This document shows, one piece after another, positions 10,924-25,241 of a stretch of 64,000 nt of DNA. The number at the start of each line of letters is the position of its first letter. Position 1 is the stretch's first letter. This DNA is from Rhodospirillales bacterium (GTDB lineage Bacteria; Pseudomonadota; Alphaproteobacteria; Bin95). The notes beneath the pieces are model-generated. The model was not told the DNA's origin, ran no database searches, and saw nothing but the letters and a program-made list of their open reading frames with translations. The translations under genes were made by a program, and so were the position numbers. The DNA is taken from NCBI GenBank assembly GCA_038143065.1, contig JAYQLI010000035.1, forward strand, positions 704,001-768,000, written 5' to 3'.

Positions 10924-10969
10924 AGATCGGCACAAGTCCCACCGAAAACATAAGAAAAAGGGTAAAGAC

Positions 10970-11713
10970 ATGAAACGATTCATCGGAAAAGTTGCAATTG
11001 TTACAGGCGGAGGGAATGGGATTGGCGCTGCCATTGTCGAACGTTTATCCGATGAAGGCGCTTCAGTGCTAATTGTCGATAGGGAATTGGAATCAGCAAA
11101 AGAAATTGCTCAGAAAACAGGGGCCTCCGTCTTGGCGGGAGATGTATCTGAACCAAACACCGCGCAAAATGCCGTTTCAACGGCCCTCTCCAACTATGGC
11201 AAAGTTGATGTTGTAGTTTGTAATGCCGGAATAACAGACCGTGCCCCTTTCCTTGAAATGACACCAGAATTTTTTGAAAAAGTCATAGGCATAAACTTGA
11301 AGGGAGCATTTTATTTTGCCCAAGCGGCCGCGCGTCAAATGGTGGCTCAGGAAACTGGAGGCCGCATTATTGCGGTTGCTTCTAACTCAGGGATTTTTGG
11401 TGGCCGTGGACGCGCTGCCTACGGAGCAAGCAAGGCTGGTCTGATAAATTTGGTTCAGACAATGGCAATCGAACTTGCCGAGCATGGGATAAACGTCAAT
11501 GCAGTTGTACCAGGACCAACTAAGACGCGAGTCACTAAAACTGCAGATTTACCACCTAGCGTTCAAAGTAGGATGCCTTTGCATAGGTTTGGATCGCCTC
11601 AGGAAATTGCTGCGGTAGCCGCGTTTCTGGCATCTGATGACGCAAGCTTTGTAACAGGCCAGGCTTACGCTGCCGACGGTGGGTATACAACTGCTGGGAT
11701 GATGGAAGGTTAA
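10970..11713 (+). CDS. SDR family oxidoreductase
   Basis: TGGGNGIG, NAG, YGASK. Confidence 0.9.
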   Translation: MKRFIGKVAIVTGGGNGIGAAIVERLSDEGASVLIVDRELESAKEIAQKTGASVLAGDVSEPNTAQNAVSTALSNYGKVDVVVCNAGITDRAPFLEMTPEFFEKVIGINLKGAFYFAQAAARQMVAQETGGRIIAVASNSGIFGGRGRAAYGASKAGLINLVQTMAIELAEHGINVNAVVPGPTKTRVTKTADLPPSVQSRMPLHRFGSPQEIAAVAAFLASDDASFVTGQAYAADGGYTTAGMMEG

Positions 11714-11748
11714 GCTGCGCAATATTGTCAATTTTAGTCGTCTAACGC

Positions 11749-11777
11749 TTGGCTAGATGAGCATTTTCGGCTAAATA
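11749..11777 (+). promoter_or_regulatory. Putative sigma70 promoter of the gltBD leader
   Basis: TTGGCT-N17-TAAATA, with GC before the -10 element as is typical of alphaproteobacterial housekeeping promoters. Confidence 0.4.
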
Positions 11778-11791
11778 ACCTCTCCCCGCGC

Positions 11792-11955
11792 AGATGGGTG
11801 CTGGAGCTGAAACGCCCCGACCCAAGGCTAGCGGTTCGATTATAGCATGATGGTGCCAGAAAAAGTGAGCGCCTCGCTATGTGGATCGCACGGGGAAACC
11901 GTGGGTTTCAGATTGCCCCATCCTTCTATATCTCAAGGGCTTACCCCTTGATTTT
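11792..11955 (+). ncRNA. Candidate structured cis-regulatory leader RNA upstream of gltB
   Basis: Nested complementary segments GATGGG/CCCATC, CTGAAAC/GTTTCAG, CGGTTC/GGATCG, TATAGC/GCTATG, GGTGC/GCGCC, CACGG-GGAAA-CCGTG, then TCAAGGG/CCCTTGA + TTTT. Family not recognised. Confidence 0.45.
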
Positions 11956-12014
11956 GGCTGGCTGGGTTCTAGGAAATCTTAGTATTGAATTTTATTTTTT
12001 AAGGACGATGGCCT

Positions 12015-15000
12015 ATGTCTAAGACGCCTGAAGCCCAGGGGCTTTATGACCCCAGGAATGAGCATGACGCATGTGGTGTCGGCTTTGTGGCGGATGTCAA
12101 AGGCCGAAAATCCCATGAAATCGTTCAAGAAGGCTTAGAAATTCTTCTAAAGCTAGATCACAGAGGTGCTGTTGGCGCTGATCCACTAGCCGGCGATGGC
12201 GCAGGCCTTTTATCCCAAATTCCTGATCAGTTCTTCAGGAAGCAGCAACTTGGGTTCACACTCCTCCTGTCGGTTCATACGCAGTCGGCCAAATCTTTCT
12301 TCCTCAGGACAAAAAGAATTCTTTGGCGCTGGAAAAACTTGTTGAATCTCATTGTCGCGATGAGGGATTAACTGTGTTGGGATGGCGAGATGTCCCGGTC
12401 AATAGCGAAGGACTAGGGGTCTCCGTTATCAAGACTGAGCCAACAACAAAGCAAATCTTTGTAACCGCTGATTATGCAAAGGATGATCAGGATAAATTCG
12501 AGCGAAAAGTTTTTGTTGCTCGCAAGTCCGTTGCAAACAAAATTTCTGGTGAGAAAATGCCCGGATTTGAGGATTTTTATATTTCCTCGATGTCTTCGCG
12601 GACCATTACCTATAAAGGAATGCTACTCGCCGGTCAGGTAGGCACATATTTCCTAGATCTCCAAGATCCTGATTTCACCTCCGCCTTAGCTTTGGTGCAT
12701 CAGCGTTTCTCGACCAACACATTCCCCTCTTGGCGGCTTGCACATCCCTATCGCATGGTCTGCCATAATGGCGAGATAAATACCCTTCGCGGAAACGTAA
12801 ACTGGATGGCAGCCCGTAAGCACGCTATGACATCTGATTTACTAGGCAGCGATTTAGAAAAATTATGGCCAATAATTCCAGAAGGTCAGTCAGACACTGC
12901 TTGTTTTGATAATGCTCTCGAACTGCTTGTCATGGGTGGATATTCCCTGGCGCATGCTATGATGGTGTTAATTCCAGAGGCATGGTCCGGTAACCCTTTA
13001 ATGGATGAGAAAAGACGTGCGTTCTACGAGTACTACGCTGCGGCTATGGAACCATGGGATGGCCCTGCTGCAGTAGCATTCACGGATGGACGACAAATCG
13101 GAGCCACCTTGGATAGGAATGGTCTCCGTCCGGCGCGTTATCTCGTAACGACAGATGATAAAGTTGTGATGGCATCGGAGATTGGTGTCCTTGACATACC
13201 ACCTGAGAAAATAGCACGGCAGTGGCGTCTACAGCCTGGAAAAATGTTCCTCATTGATACGGATGAGGGAAGAATTATTGATGACGCAGAACTCAAAAAA
13301 GAGCTCTCCGAGGCTAGAAATTACAAGGAATTATTATCTAAGACCCAATTCAAACTGAGTGAATTAGCGGGGAGCAAGGTGTCTGCTCCTACCTCGAATA
13401 TTCCGCTGATCGATAGACAACAAGCGTTCGGATATTCGCAGGAAGACCTGAAATTTTTCTTGGAACCAATGGCGGCTGAGGGAGATGATCCAATTGGATC
13501 AATGGGTAAAGATACGCCAATTTCTGTGCTATCTGATAAATCCAAGCTGCTTTACACATATTTCAAGCAAAATTTTTCTCAGGTGACCAACCCACCAATC
13601 GACCCAATCAGGGAAGAATTGGTGATGTCCCTGGTATCTATGATTGGTCCCCGACCCAATTTGTTTAGCGTTGATGATGGTGACGATCCACATTGGCGTC
13701 TCGAAGTTAGCCAGCCAATTTTAACGAATGAGGATCTCGAAAAGATCCGTAACGTTACAGACCTTGTCGGTGACGCATTCCGCACTGCAACCCTTGATGC
13801 GTGCTGGCCAGCTGACCACGGCTTAGGGGGTATGGCAGCTGCAATTTCTCGCCTTCAAAGTGAAGCGGAAAAGGCCGTTCGTGACGACCATCAGAATATT
13901 TTAATTATTTCTGATCGCAGCATGAGCCAGAGCAGTATTCCAATACCTGCTCTCTTGGCTTGTTCAGCCGTTCATCATCACCTTATACGCAAGGGCTTAC
14001 GCACAGAAACTGGACTCGTAATTGAAACTGGTGAAGCGCGCGAAGTTCATCACATGTGTGTTCTGGCCGGATATGGCGCTGAAGCAATAAACCCCTACCT
14101 GGCATTTGACTCTATCCGTGACAGGCTGGACGAATTGCCAGAGGGAGTGAATGAAGAGAAAGCGTTTAAGAATTACATCAAAGCTTTAAACAAAGGCATG
14201 CTTAAAGTGATGTCCAAGATGGGCATCTCTACATATCAATCGTATTCTGGAGCTCAGATCTTTGATGCAATTGGGCTCTCTTCAGAGTTCATTGAAGAAT
14301 ACTTTACTGGAACGGCAACAACCGTTGAGGGCATTTCTGTAGAGGAAGTGGCTAGAGAAACAGTTGAACGCCACGCCCGTGCGTTTAGTGATGACCCAAC
14401 CCTGGAACGGATGCTTGAAGTTGGTGGGGAATACGCTTATCGCATGCGTGGAGAACGTCACGCTTGGAACCCAACAAGCGTGAGGGCTTTACAACATGCA
14501 GTTCGTGGAAATTTACCCAACGAATATAAGACTTTTGCAGACTCAATTAATGAGCAATCTCGCAATCTTCTTACTCTCCGTGGTTTATTTGACTTTAAAT
14601 GGTCTGAACAGCCAATCCCATTAGATGAGGTAGAACCCGCGTCTGAGATAGTTAAGCGGTTCTCTACCGGGGCAATGTCATTTGGATCCATCAGTCGAGA
14701 GGCGCACACTACCCTAGCAATTGCGATGAATCGGATGGGTGGTAGATCTAATACTGGCGAAGGCGGTGAAGAACCGGATCGATTTAAGCCCATGGCAAAC
14801 GGCGACAGTATGCGGAGCCGCATTAAGCAGGTCGCAAGTGGCCGATTTGGCGTCACAACAGAATACCTAGCTAACGCCGATGACATTCAGATAAAGATGG
14901 CGCAGGGCGCCAAGCCAGGTGAAGGCGGGCAGTTGCCCGGTCATAAGGTGGATCGGAATATTGCTGCAGTGCGCCATTCCACTCCAGGAGTTGGCCTGAT

Positions 15001-16605
15001 TTCACCCCCTCCTCATCATGATATTTACTCTATTGAGGACTTGGCGCAGCTCATTCATGATCTTAAGAATGCTAATCCAAGTGCCCGTATTAGTGTAAAA
15101 TTAGTGTCAGAGGTTGGGGTTGGCACGGTCGCAGCCGGTGTGTCGAAAGCGCGCTCAGATCATGTCACAATTTCAGGTTTTGAGGGCGGCACAGGCGCCA
15201 GTCCAATAACCTCCCTCACACACGCAGGGAGTCCTTGGGAAATTGGTCTAGCAGAAACGCACCAGACCCTCGTACTAAACGGTTTGCGCGGCAGGATTGC
15301 TGTACAGGTCGATGGTGGTCTGCGAACCGGTCGCGACGTAGTTATCGGTGCAATTCTGGGCGCAGACGAATTTGGTTTCTCAACAGCGCCATTGATTGCT
15401 ATGGGTTGTATAATGATGCGCAAATGCCATCTGAACACATGCCCAGTCGGCGTAGCAACTCAAAACCCTGAACTCCGAAAGAAGTTCACAGGTACGCCAG
15501 AAAACGTAATTAACTACTTCTTCTTCTTGGCTGAAGAGATGCGCGAGATTATGTCTAAGCTTGGCGTTCGCTCCATGAACGAACTGATTGGCGCTACTGA
15601 ATTCCTAGATATGCGCCAGGCAGTGGAACAGTGGAAGGCAGACGGCGTAGACCTTCGCCGCCTAATATTTAAGCCAACCGCTGCAGATGGAGTTGCTACT
15701 TACAACTGTGAGACCCAGGATCACGAACTAGATAAAGCCTTAGACCAAAAATTGATTGCGGCAGCAAAGCCGGCAATCGACAACGGGGAAGCTGTTGTAA
15801 TTAACACGGAAGTCAGAAATGTTAACCGGACAGTAGGAGCTATGTTGTCTGGCCAGCTCGCAAAGAAATACGGACACGCCGGGCTTCCAGAAGATACGGT
15901 AGCCATCAAGGCCTCTCAGGAGTTGGTGGGCAAAGCTTTGGAGCATTCCTAACTCGTGGTGTTTCTATCGAGCTAGAAGGTGTTGCGAATGACTATGTTG
16001 GAAAAGGACTTTCTGGGGGTCGCATAGCAATATTCCCACCTAAAAAATCACCTTACGCACCCAAAGAAAACATGATCATCGGCAATACTGTGCTTTACGG
16101 AGCGATTGAAGGTGAATGCTTCTTTAGAGGTGTAGCGGGCGAGCGGTTCTGCGTGCGGAACTCCGGAGCGTTTGCAGTAGTTGAGGGCGTAGGCGACCAC
16201 GGTTGTGAGTACATGACCGGCGGCTGTGTTGTGGTATTGGGTCCAACCGGTGTTAATTTCGCAGCCGGAATGTCAGGTGGCCTTGCTTATGTGCATGACC
16301 CTGATGGGATTTTTGCTGATCGTTGCAATAAAGCGATGGTATCACTTGAAAAAGTTGAACCTGCGAAAAATGCAATGACACCACACGACTTCAAAGGTGA
16401 CATGCTCGATCATGATGAAATGCGTCTTAAAACGTTGATTGAGCGCCACGCCCACTACACTGATAGTGATGTTGCTAAGTCATTACTCGCACGATGGGAA
16501 GAAGCTCGTGGGGAGTTCGTCAAGGTAATGCCAGACGACTACCGACGCGCTTTGTTAGAAATGAAGTCTGATCAGACCGAGACCAGGAGCGAAACCCATG
16601 GGTAA
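12015..16605 (+). CDS. gltB: Glutamate synthase large subunit; frameshifts near 12265 and 15912
   Basis: [10 protein letters not shown]-terminus, [56 protein letters not shown]. Confidence 0.97.
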
Positions 16606-18024
16606 GCCAACAGGTTTCTTAGAACTAACTCGTTCCGAAAGAGGGTATCTGCCCGTTGAGGATCGACTAAAAAACTACAACGAATTCGTAGTTCCACTCT
16701 CTGAGAGCGAAGTTCAGAGCCAGGGGGCACGTTGTATGGATTGCGGAATACCGTTTTGCCACAACGGCTGCCCCGTAAATAATCAAATACCTGACTGGAA
16801 CGACCTTGTTTACGAAGGCGAATGGCAGAAGGCTTTAGTAAACCTGCACTCTACGAACAACTTTCCTGAATTTACTGGGAGAATATGCCCTGCTCCGTGC
16901 GAGGAGTCTTTGCGTTCTGAACATCAACGACAACCCAGTTGCTATTAAAACAATTGAATGCGCTGTCGTTGATAAAGGATTTGAAAACGGCTGGATTACA
17001 CCAGAAATTCCTGAACAGAAAACAGGCAAACGTATTGCGGTTATTGGATCAGGTCCAGCTGGCCTTGCAGCCTCTCAACAGTTAGCAAGAGCCGGTCATG
17101 ATGTCGTTTTATTTGAAAAGAATGATCGAATTGGCGGCTTACTACGTTACGGCATTCCTGACTTTAAAATGGAAAAGCATCTAATCGATCGGCGTATGGA
17201 ACAGATGTCTGCAGAAGGCGTGGAATTCCGAACAGGTGTTAATGTTGGCGTGGATATCAAAGTCGACGAACTAAAAGCCAGTTTTGATGCTGTTGTATTA
17301 ACGGGCGGAGCAGAAGCACCGAGAGACCTTCCGGTAGATGGAAGAAAACTAGACGGTGTTCATTTTGCCATGGAGTTTTTACCTCAGCAAAATAAGCGGG
17401 TTGCTGGCGATACCGTGCCTGATGATTTATCTATCTTGGCAGATGGTAAAAAAGTGCTCGTTATTGGCGGTGGTGATACCGGGTCCGATTGTATCGGAAC
17501 GTCCAATAGGCACGGTGCAACCGGCGTAACTCAGCTCGAAATTATGCCAAAACCACCCGTCCAAGAAGATAAACCGATGGTGTGGCCAGATTGGCCGATT
17601 AAACTACGCACGTCTTCTAGCCACGACGAAGGGGCTGAACGGAAGTTTGCCGCGTCCACCCTCGAATTCCAGGGTAAAGACGGTAAGGTAACAGGGGCAA
17701 CCATCTCCGAAGTAGAATGGACAAAAACTGGCCCGCAGCCCATCAAAGGGACAGAGCAACAAATTGATTGTGACCTTGTATTGCTTGCGATGGGCTTTGT
17801 TGGCCCGGTAAAACAGGGCCTAATTGAGGAATTAGGTGTTGATTTAGATCAGCGCGGCAATGTTTTTGCAGACGATTTTTCTTACAGAACTTCTGTAGAC
17901 AAGGTTTTTACCGCCGGTGACATGAGGCGTGGTCAATCCTAGTTGTTTGGGCCATACGTGAAGGACGGCAATGTGCTCGGGCCGTTGATGAGTACCTAAT
18001 GGGTACGTCTAAACTCCCCGTTAA
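16598..18024 (+). CDS. gltD: Glutamate synthase small subunit; frameshifts near 16910, 17940 and 18018
   Basis: [49 protein letters not shown](L)[10 protein letters not shown]. Confidence 0.95.
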
Positions 18025-18045
18025 GGGCTTCAAAAACAATATTGG

Positions 18046-18070
18046 AGGCTGCAGAGAGTGCCTGCAGCCT
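18046..18070. terminator. Hairpin between convergent gltD and the oxidoreductase gene
   Basis: AGGCTGCAG-N7-CTGCAGCCT perfect 9-bp stem; U-tail weak. Confidence 0.55.
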
Positions 18071-18089
18071 TGTCTCGTGCTGATCAGAA

Positions 18090-19082
18090 TTAAGTAAGTA
18101 TCACCTTACCGATAGCATCTCTATCAATCAGCATTTGCAATGCCTTTGAGGCTTCTGATAGCGGGAGTGATGCACTTACAAGCGGGTTTAATTTCCCCTC
18201 GTCAGCAAGTTTGACGAGAACCTCAACATTTTCTTGCGCGATTTCAGGTTGAAACTCATTAAGACCTCCTACGCGGCAACCAACTGCACTAGCACCTTTG
18301 ATGAGTAAGTGATTGGTTTTTGCGAGCGCAGGCGCACCAGCTAAGAAACCAAGGATCAGAATACGTCCGCCCCAATTAATACAACGCGTACATTCCTCAA
18401 AGGCCCATCCGCCAAGGGGATCCCAAAAAACATCCGCGCCCTTGCCTGCAGTCATCTCTTTTATAGTCTCACGAAACCTTCCTGGATTACCATCAGTTGG
18501 AGGCCCATAGTCAATAGCCTCGTCTGCACCAGCCGTAAGGCATGCTGCGCGCTTTTCACCTGAGGACGCAACAGCAATAACACGAGCTCCTAAAGCTTTT
18601 CCCATTTGGATAGCTGCTAATCCAATGCCACCAGCTGCTCCCAAAACTACCAGCGTTTCTCCCTCTTGCACGGAACCACGCTGAACAAGCGCATGATACG
18701 CTGTGGTATAGGCCGAGCGGAAACCTGCTGATTGGGCCATTGTGAAATTGCTCGGCACCTTCGCTAGTTCAGATGCATTGGATATGGCAAATTCTGCAAA
18801 GGCACCCGGTTGGTGTCGCGACATAACTTTGTCACCAAGAGACCAGCCATGGACCCCAGAGCCTATACTAACGATCTCGCCCGCAGCCTCTCCTCCCGGA
18901 ATAAAGGGAGGTTCTGGACGAAATTGATATTTACCTGCAACCATCAACACATCGACGTATTGAACCGCTCTTGCCTCGATTTTTACTAAGACCTCTCCCT
19001 CCTTGGGCTCGGGAACGGCGACATCTTCATGTAAGACCACTGCTTCAGGGCCACCAAATTTCTCACAAATAATTGCACGCAT
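18090..19082 (-). CDS. NADPH:quinone oxidoreductase family (MDR) protein
   Basis: [24 protein letters not shown]. Confidence 0.9.
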   Translation of the reverse strand: MRAIICEKFGGPEAVVLHEDVAVPEPKEGEVLVKIEARAVQYVDVLMVAGKYQFRPEPPFIPGGEAAGEIVSIGSGVHGWSLGDKVMSRHQPGAFAEFAISNASELAKVPSNFTMAQSAGFRSAYTTAYHALVQRGSVQEGETLVVLGAAGGIGLAAIQMGKALGARVIAVASSGEKRAACLTAGADEAIDYGPPTDGNPGRFRETIKEMTAGKGADVFWDPLGGWAFEECTRCINWGGRILILGFLAGAPALAKTNHLLIKGASAVGCRVGGLNEFQPEIAQENVEVLVKLADEGKLNPLVSASLPLSEASKALQMLIDRDAIGKVILT

Positions 19083-19093
19083 TTCTTTTCTCC

Positions 19094-20827
19094 CTACCAG
19101 CCAAGAGCATAAGCAACGCGACGATGGTCCGCGCCCGCTGCTTTAATTCCAGTTTCACGATCATCACGGATCATACAAATCGATCCAGCTAACCAGGTCC
19201 GCTCTGGCCACTCTTCAACACGGTGTCCACGTGCCGCAAGGCCCCTACCCGTCGCACTATCAATTCGACCCTCAATTTTTAATAACCCAGGATGATAATC
19301 GTGGGGTTCGAAGGAAGATGGAAATGAATAGCTTGCAAATCGCGGTGTTTCCACTGCTTGTTGTGGCCCCATTCCAAAAACTGCTATGTCACAGAACGCT
19401 TGAGCCATTCCTTGTGTTTGAACGTCTCCTCCTGGTGTTCCAAAAGGCAGAAACGTCAATCCATTACCACGGATAGCAATTGCAGGGTTGGGTGTTAAGC
19501 GCGGTCTCTTACCCGGCATAATTGATGAGGGGTGCAATGGATCAGTCCATGACTGCACACCTCTTGGACTTACACTTAAACCAGTACCCGGGACGACGGC
19601 ACCGTTGTAGGACCCATCGGAAGGTGTTGCCGAGAATACATTCCCTTGGTCATCTACAACGCATAAATAACTTGTATCTAAAGACCCACCAGGATGAGGC
19701 TGATCAACAGAAGGCTTAGGGAAAGGCGCTCCATGCCATGGTTCGCCTCCAGCATCTCCGGGCGGTGGCATTTCTGGAAATGCACTACTCATATCGACAC
19801 GTGCTTTTTGACTGTCGGCATAGGCCTCTGAAAGTAAGACCTCAACCGGCACCTTCACAAACCTTGGATCTCCAAAATAAGCATCGCGATCTGCCATAAC
19901 GAGCTTCGTTGCTTCTACATGGGCATGTACATAGTCGACGCTATTCAAACCAAATTGCTTTAAATCAAATCTTTTTAATAAATTTAATTTTTCCATCAGA
20001 GCAGGCCCCTGACACCAAGGCCCACATCCAAAGACCCGCCAATCACCAAACTTCGATGATACGGGAGGCTCAAAACCCACTTGAAAATTGGCCATATCTT
20101 CCATCGAAAGCCAACCACCAACAGAGTCATGATAGTCTGTAATAGTTTTAGCTAGATCACCTTTATAAAAGGCGTCTCTGGCTGCTTGTAAAGCTTGCCG
20201 CCGATCTGAACCGTGCTGAAGCGCTGCATGCTCCTCATCGATCATATACTGCAAACTATTGGCCAATGCTTTTTGGTAGAAAAGCTCACCAACCTGCGGG
20301 GGCTCGCCATTTTCCGAGAGATAAATCTCTGCTGCATGATCAAAAGCAGCATAGTCCTTTCGATTATTAACAATTGTCTGTCTTAAAAGCTCGTTCATCG
20401 GAAACCCATCGCGGGCAAATCGAACTGCATAATGCGCAACGTCCCCAAATGACATGGTGCCGAAGCTATCCAATGCAGCAATCCAAGCTGCTGGTGCTGA
20501 TGGCACGACGGTCCGCATGGGCCCCACAGGTATTGCACCTCCGTGCTCACGACGAAAATATTCGATGTCGGCTTTCGCCGGCCAACCACCCAATCCAGAA
20601 ATCGTTACCATTTGGGCTCGCTTTGCATCCCAAAGTATAATTGGTGCCACCCCAGCACAGCTCACGAGATCCGATTGAAGAACGCCAAGAGCTAACCCGG
20701 CCGCAACGCCTGCATCTATTGCGTTTCCGCCGGCTTGGAGAACCTCAAAAGCTGCCTGACTTGCAAAGTAATGTCCTGATGACACTGCAAAACGAGTACC
20801 TTGGATTTCCGGTCGCTCTGTAGCCAT
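19094..20827 (-). CDS. Gamma-glutamyltransferase family Ntn-hydrolase (no signal peptide)
   Basis: GGNAIDAG, DTSYLCVVD autoproteolytic Thr, PGKRPRLTPNP, GTPGGDVQTQ. Confidence 0.9.
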   Translation of the reverse strand: MATERPEIQGTRFAVSSGHYFASQAAFEVLQAGGNAIDAGVAAGLALGVLQSDLVSCAGVAPIILWDAKRAQMVTISGLGGWPAKADIEYFRREHGGAIPVGPMRTVVPSAPAAWIAALDSFGTMSFGDVAHYAVRFARDGFPMNELLRQTIVNNRKDYAAFDHAAEIYLSENGEPPQVGELFYQKALANSLQYMIDEEHAALQHGSDRRQALQAARDAFYKGDLAKTITDYHDSVGGWLSMEDMANFQVGFEPPVSSKFGDWRVFGCGPWCQGPALMEKLNLLKRFDLKQFGLNSVDYVHAHVEATKLVMADRDAYFGDPRFVKVPVEVLLSEAYADSQKARVDMSSAFPEMPPPGDAGGEPWHGAPFPKPSVDQPHPGGSLDTSYLCVVDDQGNVFSATPSDGSYNGAVVPGTGLSVSPRGVQSWTDPLHPSSIMPGKRPRLTPNPAIAIRGNGLTFLPFGTPGGDVQTQGMAQAFCDIAVFGMGPQQAVETPRFASYSFPSSFEPHDYHPGLLKIEGRIDSATGRGLAARGHRVEEWPERTWLAGSICMIRDDRETGIKAAGADHRRVAYALGW

Positions 20828-20882
20828 GCTAAGTCCTCCTCAACAAATTGATTCTCATAGTCTGCCGCAATCTGGATTTACC

Positions 20883-23016
<2,134 letters not shown>

Positions 23017-23171
23017 TTTTCAAATTTTAAGATATTCATGGAAAGGTCGTCTTCGGATAAATTTAACCTAAACAAAAAAATTCTTTGCCCAAAAACTCTT
23101 CGGCGTTGTTCTTCATTATTATCGTCAATGGCTTCATACTCTCAGGATCTAATTTATAGTTGGAGCACCTC

Positions 23172-24379
23172 ATGCCAGGTCCCTTTAAAGGCCTAAAGGT
23201 CGTAGATCTCACCACCGTAGTAGTAGGACCCTATTGCACACAAATGCTCTCTGACCTTGGTTGCGAGGTAATTAAAGTTGAAGCCCCAGATGGGGATTTA
23301 ACACGTCTCACCGGACCGTCACGCAATCAGGGCATGACGTCTAATTTTATGCAGCTTAACCGCAATAAACGCAGCATTGTATTAGACCTAAAAACGGAGA
23401 CTGGCGCAAAAGCAATGCAAGATCTGCTTCGAGATGCTGACGTCTTTGTTCATAATATGAGGCCAGAACCTTTAACCCGTCTTGGGTTTGATTACCCCAA
23501 GGTCAAAGAGATTAATCCAGAAATTATCTATTGTAACATTTGGGGATTTGGAGTTGATGGGCCTTATGCGGGCCGAGCTGCCTTTGATGACATAATCCAA
23601 GGTGTTTCGGGCCTCGTAGCACTTGAAGGATATGGTGATAAGCAACCGCGCTACGTTCCAATGCTCATTGCGGATAAAACCACAGGTGTCTTTGCCGCCC
23701 TAGCAATCTCTGCAGCCCTTTATCACAAGCTGGCAACAGGCGAAGGTCAGGAAATTGAAACACCGATGTTCGAGTGCATGACTTCATTCACCATGATTGA
23801 GCACCTATCTGGTGAAGGATTTTTGCCAGCCTTGGGAGCAGTAGGCTCTGAACGACACGCGAAACCAATGCGGTGGCCGATGCGAACAAAAGATGGCTGG
23901 GTTTGCATATTGGCTACGAGCGACAAGCATTGGCGTGGTTTAACAGAAGTGGGAAATCGCCCTGAGTTGACCGACGATCCGCGTTATAAAACCCGCCCTG
24001 CACGTCTAGAACGGCGCGAGGAAGTTATAGCTCTAACAGCAGAAATGATCCTCACCAGAAAACAAAAGACCTAGTTGCAGAACTCGCTGAAGCAGGTGTC
24101 CCCTGCATGCAAATTAATTCTCTAGATCAGGTGGTAAGTGATGAACACTTAAATGATGTTGGGTTTTGGCATGAAATGGACCATCCGAGCGAGGGACGTA
24201 TTCGGATGATGGCTCCGCCGTATAAACTGACAAAGACGCCACCGTCTATTCGAACTGGGGCACCAAGGTTTGGCCAGCATACTGCCGAAGTTTTAAGAGA
24301 GCTTGGCTACGGCGAAGAAGAAATCACTGCCATGCTAAAAGCGGGTGCTGCAGTACAGGACAACCGCAATAGCCAGTAA
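23172..24379 (+). CDS. CaiB/BaiF family III CoA transferase; frameshift near 24060
   Basis: GPYCTQMLSDLG.EVIKVE, NRNKRS, AFDDIIQ, GQHTAEVLRELG. Confidence 0.9.
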
Positions 24380-24384
24380 TTCCA

Positions 24385-25107
24385 TCAATACATGTGTTGA
24401 CCGCCATTGATAGAAACAGTGGAGCCAGTAACAAAAGTTGCATTATCAGCCACGAGGAAAAGAACGCCTCTAGCAATTTCTTCAGCATGGCCCAATCTTC
24501 CAACGGGAACTTTTGCAACAATTTTTTCTAGTACGTTAGCTGGAACTGCAGCAACCATATAAGTATCAATGTAGCCGGGCGCGATCGCATTTACTGTTAT
24601 ATTGTAACGGGCCCCTTCTTGAGCCAGTGCCTTGGTAAAACCATGGATTCCAGATTTAGCCGCCGCGTAATTAACCTGGCCATATTGACCCGCCTGGCCA
24701 TTTATCGAGCCAATATTAACGATCCGTCCAAATTCTCTCTCACGCATTGAAGGGAACACAGCGTGAGCCATATTGAAGCAAGACCCAAGATTTGTATCAA
24801 TAACCTCATCCCACTGCTGACGGGTCATTCTCATTAAGGTTCCATCACGGGTGATGCCAGCGTTATTGACTACAATATCGATCGGTCCCTTTTCGGCGAC
24901 AATCTTATCCACTCCTGCCTGGCATGCATCATAATCAGCTACATCCCATTTATATGCCGAGATGCCAGTATCAGCGGTGAACTTTGCAGCTGCTTCATCG
25001 TTACCAGCGTAGTTTGCCGCAACGTCATAATCGGCTTCATGCAGCGCCTCTGCAATTGCTCTTCCTATTCCCCGAGTACCGCCAGTTACGATTGCCACGC
25101 GCGCCAT
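24385..25107 (-). CDS. phaB: Acetoacetyl-CoA reductase
   Basis: MARVAIVTGGTRGIG, INGQAGQYGQVNYAAAK, SINGGQHMY. Confidence 0.92.
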   Translation of the reverse strand: MARVAIVTGGTRGIGRAIAEALHEADYDVAANYAGNDEAAAKFTADTGISAYKWDVADYDACQAGVDKIVAEKGPIDIVVNNAGITRDGTLMRMTRQQWDEVIDTNLGSCFNMAHAVFPSMREREFGRIVNIGSINGQAGQYGQVNYAAAKSGIHGFTKALAQEGARYNITVNAIAPGYIDTYMVAAVPANVLEKIVAKVPVGRLGHAEEIARGVLFLVADNATFVTGSTVSINGGQHMY

Positions 25108-25216
25108 AGCTTCTTCCTTCCATGAACCAAACATTGAAACCTATGTAACACCAGTGTTTTTTATTTATTATGTGCCGGGCAAAAGAACACAGTGCTGTTT
25201 GCCGCGCGACATATTG

Positions 25217-25228
25217 TGCAGTGCAGCA
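25217..25228. promoter_or_regulatory. PhaR box upstream of phaB
   Basis: TGCAGTGCAGCA matches the TGCRNYGCASMA-type alphaproteobacterial PhaR motif. Confidence 0.65.
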
Positions 25229-25241
25229 TAAATGGATGGCG

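Noticed and set aside
11828-11846. GGTTCGATT as the T-arm of a tRNA or tmRNA
   Set aside because: No acceptor stem, anticodon arm, proper 5-bp T-stem or CCA end can be built around it.
11794-11951. Short ORFs in the gltB leader (18 aa and 34 aa) as attenuator peptides
   Set aside because: They have no RBS and no Glu/Gln enrichment. The base-pairing pattern explains the region better.
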